DNA of 60,938 nt from Myxococcales bacterium (lineage in GTDB: Bacteria > Myxococcota_A > Polyangia > Fen-1088). Made by a program: the position numbers and the translations under genes. The notes beneath the pieces are model-generated. The model was not told the DNA's origin. It did no database searches and was given only the letters and a program-made list of their open reading frames with translations. Shown piece by piece: positions 52,842 through 60,938 of the stretch (its first letter is position 1; each line of letters opens with the position of its first letter). The stretch covers positions 55,482 to 116,419 of the forward strand of contig PMBS01000138.1 of the NCBI GenBank assembly GCA_003153015.1, given 5' to 3'.

Positions 52842-54128
52842 ATGAAGTTCGTCGTCTTTACGGCTGCGGCTCTGCTGCCGGTTTGGGCTTTGCCTGGCAT
52901 GGCTCGGGCCGATGTCGCACAGACGCTGCGCGAGACGGTGGTCAATGTGGAAGCGCCGGTCGCGATTCCGCTCAGTGAACCACTGCGTGACCGTTTTGGG
53001 GTTGGCACCATGCCGGCGCTTTCCGCGAGCCTGCCAGTGGGACGTTGGATCCTGCTGGGGCTGCGCCTGCGCGGTGGCTTTCTTTCCAACGGTCCTGCAC
53101 CTGCGGATCGCGCAGTTCGGGATCCGGGAATGGGCGGTCTGCTTGCGCTGTCCGCCATCGGTAGATTTCGGCCGCTGGCAGGGCGCCAGCCTGATTCGCG
53201 CAGCACCGGTCCCTGGATCGAGCTTGGGGTAGGGCCGGGCCTGACCGGGACTCTTCTGCGCGCGGAGGGCGAAGCAGCGGTGGGCTGGAATTTTCGATGG
53301 CGAGAATGGATCTTCGGGCCCTCGGCGCGCTACCTACATGTGCTACAGCCAGCAAGCCAGCTCGACAGCTCAGACGCCCAGGTGGCCTTGCTCGGCGTCG
53401 AGATCGTGATGCACGATTCGCACCGGCCCGCGTCGATCGAGGTTCCGGTCGCGGTTGCCGTGGCCCCCGTGGCCGAGCCCAAGGTTCTCGATCGTGACGG
53501 CGATGGAATTCCTGACGACGTGGACAAGTGTCCCAATGAGCCCGAGGACTTCGACGGTTTCGAGGACGAGGACGGGTGCCCGGATCCCGACAACGACAAG
53601 GACGGAATCCCCGATGTCGCGGACGCTTGTCCGAACGAACCGGAGACGGTCAACGGCGTCGACGACCAAGATGGCTGCCCGGACGAAGCGCCTATCGTGG
53701 TCAAGCAAGACCGCATTCTGCTGACTGAGCACGTGCTCTTCGACACCAACCGGGCTCGGGTGCGAACCGCGGGCCGGCCCGCACTGGCGGCAGTGTTGAA
53801 TCTCTGGAAGCAACATCCCGAGTGGGACCACCTGGTCATTGAAGGCCACGCGGATCGCCGCGGCCCGGATCCGTTCAACGATTGGCTCAGCCACGAACGG
53901 GCTCAGCGGGCGCGCAAGGTTCTCATCGAGATGGGCTTCCCCTCGGAAAAGCTTGCCGTCGCTGGATTCGGGCGCAGGCAGTTGCGCGTGCCGGGGAGCG
54001 ACGAAGAAGCCGATCGACAAAACCGCCGAGTCGAATTCGCCATCATCAAGAAGGTCGAAGAGCGCGCGAAGGGTGCGGATCCCACCCAACCGCCCCGGCA
54101 CGCACAAGCCGGAGGGCTGCAGCCATGA
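52842..54128 (+). CDS. OmpA-family protein with thrombospondin type-3-like Ca-binding repeats.
   Basis: MKFVVFTAAALLPVWALPGMARA signal. DRDGDGIPDDVDKCPNEPEDFDGFEDEDGCPDPDNDKDGIPDVADACPNEPE. OmpA C-terminal ...IEGHADRRGPDPFNDWLSHERAQRARKVL...NRRVEF. Confidence 0.85.
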   Translation: MKFVVFTAAALLPVWALPGMARADVAQTLRETVVNVEAPVAIPLSEPLRDRFGVGTMPALSASLPVGRWILLGLRLRGGFLSNGPAPADRAVRDPGMGGLLALSAIGRFRPLAGRQPDSRSTGPWIELGVGPGLTGTLLRAEGEAAVGWNFRWREWIFGPSARYLHVLQPASQLDSSDAQVALLGVEIVMHDSHRPASIEVPVAVAVAPVAEPKVLDRDGDGIPDDVDKCPNEPEDFDGFEDEDGCPDPDNDKDGIPDVADACPNEPETVNGVDDQDGCPDEAPIVVKQDRILLTEHVLFDTNRARVRTAGRPALAAVLNLWKQHPEWDHLVIEGHADRRGPDPFNDWLSHERAQRARKVLIEMGFPSEKLAVAGFGRRQLRVPGSDEEADRQNRRVEFAIIKKVEERAKGADPTQPPRHAQAGGLQP

Positions 54129-55606
54129 GAGCGCGATTGTTGCTTGCGGTTGTGGCGTTGCTCGCGCTGCCAGCGTGTTTGGATCCCATCGTGGGAACCC
54201 AATGCGCCAGGGGATATTCACCCTGTGGCAGCAAGTGCGTGCCGGCCGGGTCTTGTGCCCTCCGCGATGCCGGGCAAGCGGCGGACGGCGAGGAACCAAG
54301 CGACGCGGAGATAGCGAATTCGGGCGACGACGGCGGCACGCCAGCGGTCGAAGTCGACGGCGCTTCCGTGGCAGACGACACAGACGTAGATTCCGGCCTG
54401 GGAGGGGACGACGCACTCACGGTAGACGACGCAATCACCGTGGACGGCACAGTCGCGGTAGACGACGCAATCACCGAAGACGGGGGTAGGAATGATTCCT
54501 CGTTGCTCTGTGTCGGCTGTGTGGACGCCGTGGATACCGACGCCAGCGCAAGCGACGAGACCGGCGCCTTGCTTGGCGCGGATGCCGGGGATAGCTCCGG
54601 TGACGAAACTGGCGTATTGCTGGCCAGCGATGGCGGGGCTGACGACGCCGGCGGCGAAAGCGCGACCATGGCGGATGCGAGCGAAGCCACGGGAGACGTG
54701 GCTTTGCCAGATACTGGCCCGCTTCAGTGTCCGGGGCAGCTTGCCGCTTGCGACGATCAGTGTGTGAATCTGTTTACCGACCCCGAGAACTGTGGCGGCT
54801 GCAGCACCATGTGTTCATCTGGCGTGTGCATCAACGGCGGATGTCTGATCTGCTCGTCGATAGAAACCGTTTGCGGACAACAATGCACAAACACCGCGTC
54901 CGATCCCGACAACTGCGGGAGTTGCGGTGTCCCTTGTGCCAGCGGTTTGTGCAGCAACAGTCACTGCGAGGACTGGGGCACAGGACGAGTGATCGTCATT
55001 GGCCATGACTACCTGAAGAACCGGACGGCGATGAATCGAATTCTGGGCAACGCGGTCTTCCTCTGGCCCATCAACCCAGTCCGCTTGCTGACGTACAAGC
55101 TCGCCGCCAACCCGCGCGCCATCACAGGGGCGGACGGAGCCATCGCGCAAGTGGCCCTGGCGCAAGGCCGTCAGGTGCAAAGGACCGATCTGGTGGACGG
55201 GGACGTGGCCACGCAACTCGCCGCGGCCGATGTGTTTCTGATCTATGGGCAGGAGCTGGCCAGCGACACCACCCTCAACCAGTTGGGACAGGACTGGGCA
55301 AGCGCCATGAGCGCCTTCGTCAACCGCGGCGGGACAGTGATTGTCTTGGACGGCCTCTACCCTGGCAACGCCGGCACAGTTCAGATCATTTCTCAGGCAG
55401 GGCTGTTCGCTATTCAACAAAAGGCGTCGGTAACCAACGCCGTGTGCACTGTGGTCGCACGCGGCGATGCGCTGGCGAACGGGCTGCTCAAGAACTACCT
55501 TTGCGAGCCGAATAGCGTCAGCTTCAAGACGACCGAGGCCCCGTCTGCATTTACCTCCGTGGTGGAATCAGGGGGCGTGTACGTGGTCGTCCACAAGCTC
55601 TTCTGA
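54125..55606 (+). CDS. Lipoprotein with an acidic Asp-rich repeat region, a Cys-rich (DP.NCG.C) module pair and an uncharacterised C-terminal domain.
   Basis: ATG 54125 overlaps the OmpA stop (ATGA). MRARLLLAVVALLALPACLDP lipobox. VDDAITVDG/VDDAITEDG repeat. CVNLFTDPENCGGCSTMC and CTNTASDPDNCGSCGVPC. Confidence 0.65.
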   Translation: MRARLLLAVVALLALPACLDPIVGTQCARGYSPCGSKCVPAGSCALRDAGQAADGEEPSDAEIANSGDDGGTPAVEVDGASVADDTDVDSGLGGDDALTVDDAITVDGTVAVDDAITEDGGRNDSSLLCVGCVDAVDTDASASDETGALLGADAGDSSGDETGVLLASDGGADDAGGESATMADASEATGDVALPDTGPLQCPGQLAACDDQCVNLFTDPENCGGCSTMCSSGVCINGGCLICSSIETVCGQQCTNTASDPDNCGSCGVPCASGLCSNSHCEDWGTGRVIVIGHDYLKNRTAMNRILGNAVFLWPINPVRLLTYKLAANPRAITGADGAIAQVALAQGRQVQRTDLVDGDVATQLAAADVFLIYGQELASDTTLNQLGQDWASAMSAFVNRGGTVIVLDGLYPGNAGTVQIISQAGLFAIQQKASVTNAVCTVVARGDALANGLLKNYLCEPNSVSFKTTEAPSAFTSVVESGGVYVVVHKLF

Positions 55607-55616
55607 CCCCACCCTC

Positions 55617-56975
55617 CTACTTCTTCTGGAAGACGCGCACGTAGTCGATCTCGTAGCGAGCAGGGAAGGTGGTTGCGGAAGGATCGCCGCCGTTCTGGCC
55701 ACCGATGGCCAGATTGACGATGATGTATTGATTCTTTTTGAAAGGGGACGTGCCGTCGGGGTTGACCGCCGTGGCAAGCGACGTGGTGTTCATTTGGTAT
55801 TCGTCCACGGTGAGCACGATGTTCTGATCGTCCCAGTCCATGCGCCAGACGTGGAACTTGCTCGACCACTGCGGGTCGCCAAGGCTGGTGATGGCCTTGG
55901 CCGACGAGTCCCACTGGGCCACCCAGCGGGTGCTGGTGCCCCAGGCCACGTTGGCCAGGATGTTGCCATTGTAGTACTCCATGATGTCGATCTCGCCGCC
56001 ACTGGGCCATTCGCCGCTGGCTCCGACCGTCCAGAACGCGGGCCACATGCCCTTGTCCGTGTCGATGCGTGCGCGCATTTCAAAGCGGCCGTAGAGGAAA
56101 GTGTGCAGCCCCGAGGTGGTCATGCTGGACGAGGTGTACTCGGCATACTGGCGCTGGGTCTTCCAATCCGCACCGGTTGCAGAGTAGTTGGGGTTGGCTA
56201 CGCGCTCCCTACGTGCCTCGATGATCAGCAGGCCGCCCGCCACCGAGGCGTTGTTGGGCTGATACCACTGCAGCTCCTGGTTGCGCACGAACCCGGTTTC
56301 GAAATTCCAGTTCTTCGGGTTGGGCACGCCGTCGACGTCGAACTCATCGGACCAAGCTAGGACGTACCCGTCGGGCACCGGGATCGCGTCGCTGCCCGCA
56401 TCGGCGGTGACGGAAGCTTGATCCCTGCCTGTGTCCCGGCTGACATCTGGCGCGCTGTCGGGCGCAGGACCGACATCGCTACCCGCATCGCGTCCCGCAT
56501 CTTTGGAGTCGCCACCCGCGTCCCGACCACCTGTCCCTGTGCCACTCCCTCCGCTCGAACCTCCGCTGCCACCGGCGCCAGCCGTGCTCCCGCCTGCGGC
56601 CGTGCCTCCCGCGCCGCCGCTCCCCGTCGTGCCGGCAGTCCCGCCCGAAGCAGATGCACCACCCGCGCTGGTCATCCCGCCCGCTCCGCCTGCCCCTGCA
56701 TCTTGGAAAGTGCTTGCGCCGCCCGCTCCCGCAGCGCTGCCGCCGCCCGCTCCCGTGGCGCTGCCGCTCACTCCACCCGTCGTAGCCACTCCGCCCGTCG
56801 CGCTGGTTCCGCCTGCGCTACTCTTGCCGGCAGCTCCCCCACTTTCGTTCGTGCCGCCGCTGGCCGCAGTGCTGTTCGTTCCACCGCTATTGCCAGCCGC
56901 AGGCGCTCCTGGTCCGCTGGTACTGGTACACGCGAATCCCACAAGAATCAGGGAGGCGCAGAGAATGCTTCGCAT
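55617..56975 (-). CDS. Glycoside hydrolase family 16 (laminarinase/beta-glucanase-like) lipoprotein with a Gly/Ser/Thr/Ala linker.
   Basis: MRSILCASLILVGFACTS lipobox. Long GG(T/S/A) linker. GH16 catalytic strand WPSGGEIDIMEY, plus LAWSDEFD and WPAFWTVG. Confidence 0.88.
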   Translation of the reverse strand: MRSILCASLILVGFACTSTSGPGAPAAGNSGGTNSTAASGGTNESGGAAGKSSAGGTSATGGVATTGGVSGSATGAGGGSAAGAGGASTFQDAGAGGAGGMTSAGGASASGGTAGTTGSGGAGGTAAGGSTAGAGGSGGSSGGSGTGTGGRDAGGDSKDAGRDAGSDVGPAPDSAPDVSRDTGRDQASVTADAGSDAIPVPDGYVLAWSDEFDVDGVPNPKNWNFETGFVRNQELQWYQPNNASVAGGLLIIEARRERVANPNYSATGADWKTQRQYAEYTSSSMTTSGLHTFLYGRFEMRARIDTDKGMWPAFWTVGASGEWPSGGEIDIMEYYNGNILANVAWGTSTRWVAQWDSSAKAITSLGDPQWSSKFHVWRMDWDDQNIVLTVDEYQMNTTSLATAVNPDGTSPFKKNQYIIVNLAIGGQNGGDPSATTFPARYEIDYVRVFQKK

Positions 56976-56989
56976 GTTCTTGTGCCCGC

Positions 56990-57979
<990 letters not shown>

Positions 57980-57988
57980 TTGCCTAGT

Positions 57989-58789
57989 CTACGGCTGCGC
58001 TGGGGCCGGCGCTACCGGTGGCTCATTTTCAACCGGCGCTGGCTTCTTGACCCGAGCTGGCTTCGGGGCGGGCGCAGCCTCCTCGTCCCGGGCCGGCTTC
58101 TCGGCGGGCGCTGCCTCCTCGGGTGGGGCCGGCTTCGGAACGCGCGCCTTCTTGACCGGAGCTGGTTGGTCGGCGGGCGCTGCCTCCTCGGTAGGGGCTG
58201 GCTTCGGCGCGCGCACCTTTTTGACCGGGGCCGGCTTGTCGGCGGGCACGGCCGTCTCGCTGGCCGGCAGCTTGAGTTTGAGTGTCGTCTTTTCGGGCAC
58301 CGCCATTTCAAGAGTAGCCTTAGCGGGCGCGACCGGCTGCCCGACGGTAAGCTTGAGGGGCGCAACCGGCTTCCCGTCGGTCTCGGTCGCAGCGGCAGGT
58401 GCGCCAAGCGCAGCGCCATCAGGCATCACCGACTTGGATTTCTCGGCCTCTTCGCGCGCCTTGTCCAGGGCGTTGGCCAACTTGGCTTTGGTCGAGTCTT
58501 CCGCCTTCCTTTCGGTCGCCTTCTTTTCGGCGATCTTCTGCAAGCGCCGCGAATCCGATTGGCTCGACATGTAGGCCAGGGTCATCGAATTGGCAAAAAA
58601 GATGAAGGCGCAGACCGCGGTCATCTTGGTCAAGAAGTTCGCGCCCCCGGACGAGCCAAACACGGACTGGCTGCCACCACTGCCGCCAAAGGCAATGCCC
58701 ATGCCCCCGCCGCGTCCAGCTTGCAGGAGGACCACCAGCATCAAGAAGATGCACACGACAACGTGCAGACCGGTCAAGAAATTGTACAC
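57989..58789 (-). CDS. secG: SecG preprotein translocase subunit fused to a ~190-aa Lys/Pro/Ala/Glu-rich repeat tail.
   Basis: GTG 58789. [74 protein letters not shown] is a complete SecG core. It is followed by ...EEAAPADQPAPVKKARVPKPAPPEEAAPAEKPA.... Lies downstream of tpiA as in many bacteria. Confidence 0.8.
   Translation of the reverse strand: MYNFLTGLHVVVCIFLMLVVLLQAGRGGGMGIAFGGSGGSQSVFGSSGGANFLTKMTAVCAFIFFANSMTLAYMSSQSDSRRLQKIAEKKATERKAEDSTKAKLANALDKAREEAEKSKSVMPDGAALGAPAAATETDGKPVAPLKLTVGQPVAPAKATLEMAVPEKTTLKLKLPASETAVPADKPAPVKKVRAPKPAPTEEAAPADQPAPVKKARVPKPAPPEEAAPAEKPARDEEAAPAPKPARVKKPAPVENEPPVAPAPAQP
58101..58249. repeat. 69-bp tandem repeat (2 full units plus a partial third) in the secG tail.
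   Basis: TCGGCGGGCGCTGCCTCCTCGG... starts at 58101 and 58170, and TCGGCGGGCAC at 58239. Confidence 0.8.
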
Positions 58790-59559
58790 GCGGAAGTCCC
58801 TTCCTTTACCAGCTTGGCAAATGATTCCACAGTCAGCGACGCACCGCCAACCAGTGCGCCGTCGATGTCCTTCTGGCCCATCAAGCTGGCCACGTTGTCC
58901 GGCTTTGCGCTACCGCCGTAGAGAATCCGGATCTCTTGCGCCTTGCCCGGCAGGCGCTTGGCAAGCTGCGCGCGGATGGCCGCGTGCACTTCCTGCGCTT
59001 GATCTGGTGTGGCGTTGCGGCCGGTGCCGATGGCCCACACGGGCTCGTACGCGATCACGACCTTGACCAGCTCGGCGTCGGCAAGCTCGCGGGTGGCGCC
59101 GTCCAGTTGACTCGCCACGCGCGCCAACGCCTGGCCCGCATCGCGCTCGGCCAGGGTTTCGCCGATACAAATGATGGGGGTCAGGCCCACGCCAAGGGCT
59201 GCCTTGGCCTTGCGGGCCACGCCCGCGTCGGTTTCGGCGAAGAACTGGCGTCGTTCCGAGTGGCCGATGATCACGTAGCGGGCGCCGGCGTTTGCGATCT
59301 GTGCCATGGCCACCTCGCCGGTGAAGGCACCCTTGACCTCCCAGTAGCCGTCCTGGGCCGCCACCCCGAGCGCGCTCGACTTGAGCTTCTCGGCTACCGT
59401 GGCCAAGGCCAAGAAGCCGGGACTCACGGCCACGTCGGCTGCGGTGATGCCGACGGTGGCGTCGCGCACACCGGTGGCCAGAGCCACCGACTCGGACAGA
59501 CTGCCCCACAGCTTCCAGTTTCCGCAAAACAGCGGTCGGGGCACACGAGGTTGAGACAT
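58774..59559 (-). CDS. tpiA: Triosephosphate isomerase.
   Basis: [40 protein letters not shown]. Confidence 0.95.
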   Translation of the reverse strand: MSQPRVPRPLFCGNWKLWGSLSESVALATGVRDATVGITAADVAVSPGFLALATVAEKLKSSALGVAAQDGYWEVKGAFTGEVAMAQIANAGARYVIIGHSERRQFFAETDAGVARKAKAALGVGLTPIICIGETLAERDAGQALARVASQLDGATRELADAELVKVVIAYEPVWAIGTGRNATPDQAQEVHAAIRAQLAKRLPGKAQEIRILYGGSAKPDNVASLMGQKDIDGALVGGASLTVESFAKLVKEGTSACTIS

Positions 59560-59577
59560 GAGAGGCTCCTTTCTACC

Positions 59578-60762
59578 TTAGGACTCCAATGCGGCAAGTC
59601 CGGGAAGCTTCTTGCCCTCGATGAACTCGAGAGTTGCGCAGCCGCCCGTCGAGAGATGTGTGATGCGCTCGGACAGGCCGGCGCGGCCAAGCGCAGCCAG
59701 CGAGTCGGGACCGCCTGCTACGGTCAGGCCAAACTTCACCGCGGCCACGGCCTTGGCCACCGCGATGGTGCCGGCGGCAAAGGGCGCCGAATCGAACACA
59801 CCCATGGGGCCGTCCCAGAACACGGTGCGGGCGTGGGCCAGGCCTTCCGCGAACTGCTGCACGGTCTCGGGCCCGATGTCCAGTGCCGCCAGATCGTCGG
59901 GCACTTGCATCGCGGGAACCACCCGGCCCGCGGGCACGTCCGGACCGGATGCCGCCAGCAAGTCGCGCGGCAGCAGAACCTCGACCTGGGCGTCCTCGGC
60001 CTTGGCCAGAAAGGCGCGCGCCCAGGCCAACTTCTCAGCTTCCACGCGAGAGGTGCCGAGGCTGCCACCGCGAGCCTTGAGGAAGGTGTTGGCCAGCGCG
60101 CCGCCAACGAGGATCGTGTCGACACGGCCGAGCAGGCTTTCCAGCAGGCCCATCTTGTCGGACAGGTTGGTGCCGCCGAGGATGGCGACAAACGGCCGCT
60201 CGGTCTCACCCTTGAGCTGGCCCAGGAACCTAACCTCGCGCTCCAGCCTCAGCCCCATGCCCTTGGCCGAAACAAACCTGGTCATCCCGGCGGTCGAGGC
60301 GTGCGCAAGATGCGCGGTGGCAAAGGCATCGTTGATGTAGACGTCGGCGTAGCTGGCGAGGGCTCGGGAAAAGGTTTCGTCGTTGGCCTCTTCGCCGGGC
60401 GCGAAGCGCAGGTTTTCCAGCATGGCCACGCTGCCGTCGCGCAAGTCTGCCACGACCTTCTTGGCGCCGTCGCCCACCGGCTCGTCGGGCAGCACGACCT
60501 CGCAGTGGAGAAGGTCGGCCAGGCAGGCGGCCACCGGCATCAGCGAGAACACCGGGTTTGGCCTCCCGTTGGGCCGGCCAAGATGCGAGGCCAGGACCAC
60601 CCGTCCACCGCGGTCGATGGCGTGCCGGATGGTGGGCAGGCTTTCGTGAATGCGCGTGGCATCGGACACACCGCCGGCAGGGGTCAGCGGAACATCGAAG
60701 TCCACGCGGATGAAGACCCGCCGGCCTTGAATGTCCAGATCGGCGATGGTCTTGGCCGCCAT
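59578..60762 (-). CDS. pgk: Phosphoglycerate kinase.
   Basis: ATG 60762 MAAKTIADLDIQGRRVFIRVDFDVPL, ASHLGRP, FAPGEE, NDAFATAH, ILGGTNLSDK, WDGPMGVFD, STGGCATLEF. The ORF text upstream to 60921 is not Pgk-like. Confidence 0.95.
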   Translation of the reverse strand: MAAKTIADLDIQGRRVFIRVDFDVPLTPAGGVSDATRIHESLPTIRHAIDRGGRVVLASHLGRPNGRPNPVFSLMPVAACLADLLHCEVVLPDEPVGDGAKKVVADLRDGSVAMLENLRFAPGEEANDETFSRALASYADVYINDAFATAHLAHASTAGMTRFVSAKGMGLRLEREVRFLGQLKGETERPFVAILGGTNLSDKMGLLESLLGRVDTILVGGALANTFLKARGGSLGTSRVEAEKLAWARAFLAKAEDAQVEVLLPRDLLAASGPDVPAGRVVPAMQVPDDLAALDIGPETVQQFAEGLAHARTVFWDGPMGVFDSAPFAAGTIAVAKAVAAVKFGLTVAGGPDSLAALGRAGLSERITHLSTGGCATLEFIEGKKLPGLAALES

Positions 60763-60812
60763 GGGAGGGACCGCTTTTACACGGAATAAGCTCCGGTTTC
60801 CAGTGACGACTC

Positions 60813-60850
60813 TCATGGGAACCCTAGGAGGGTTCGCTCTGCCCTTCGGC
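60813..60850. repeat. Third (diverged) copy of the palindromic element seen in the GT87-like gene, in the pgk upstream region.
   Basis: TCATGGGAACCCTAGGAGGGTTCGC versus CTATGGGAACCCTGAAAGGGTTCCC. Similarity continues in the flank (CCCATGAGAGTCGTCAC versus CCCATAGCAGTCGCGTG on the minus strand). Confidence 0.55.
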
Positions 60851-60938
60851 CCCCCACCCGCCACCTCCTCCCCGCTCGCTTCCCCCTTCGGGGACTTCGG
60901 GACCTGCACCTGCCCCACCACACCCGCTCGCTACGCTC

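Noticed and set aside
60763-60921. N-terminal 53-aa extension of pgk in the ORF track (MVGQVQVPKSPKGEASGEEV...).
   Set aside because: The conserved Pgk N-terminus (MAAKTIADLDIQGRRVFIRVDF) begins at ATG 60762. The extension is low-complexity and contains the palindromic repeat element.

Overview
Visibly GC-rich bacterial chromosomal window (by eye about two-thirds G+C; not computed). The gene content points to Myxococcota, probably a polyangial-type genome, but this is inference and no search was possible. The pointers are a Hanks-type Ser/Thr kinase, membrane-anchored TPR paralogs, Cys-rich repeat lipoproteins, a PilZ protein, and many lipoprotein signal + Gly/Ser/Thr-linker + glycoside hydrolase proteins. 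I support about 46 protein-coding genes. Many long ORFs in the supplied track are Arg/Pro/Ala-rich antisense shadows and were discarded. I recognised no rRNA, tRNA or CRISPR array.

Core housekeeping blocks:
- yebC-ruvC-[insert]-ruvA-ruvB
- pgk-tpiA-secG-dapF
- maf-yggS
- rnhA
- hypCDE

Accessory content:
- GH105/88, GH5 and GH16 hydrolases, and a FucP + aldo-keto reductase pair.
- A hybrid sensor kinase.
- A cytoplasmic papain-like peptidase.
- An S41 protease + LolA-like pair.
- Two YfhO-like proteins and a GT87-like membrane protein.
- A lamin-tail-domain lipoprotein and an OmpA/thrombospondin-repeat protein.

Most unusual observations:
1. A ~1,900-aa HEAT-repeat protein (about 19079..24820) whose C-terminal ~1,450 aa is a tandem array of ~240-aa glycine-zipper hydrophobic modules.
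2. An 84-aa (mature) lipoprotein with four heme-c motifs and exactly eight His, resembling a tetraheme c3.
3. An intact hypCDE cluster with no hydrogenase structural genes or hypABF in the window.
4. A stand-alone MORC/MutL-like GHKL ATPase with an Ig-like domain, sitting behind a structured, repeat-laden 340-bp spacer.
5. A ~40-nt palindromic element present as two in-frame tandem copies inside the GT87-like gene and once upstream of pgk.
6. A truncated radical-SAM gene wedged between ruvC and ruvA.
7. A PIN/VapC toxin remnant.
8. In-frame tandem duplications in dapF and a long repeat tail on secG.

All functional calls come from motif recognition by eye and remain unverified.
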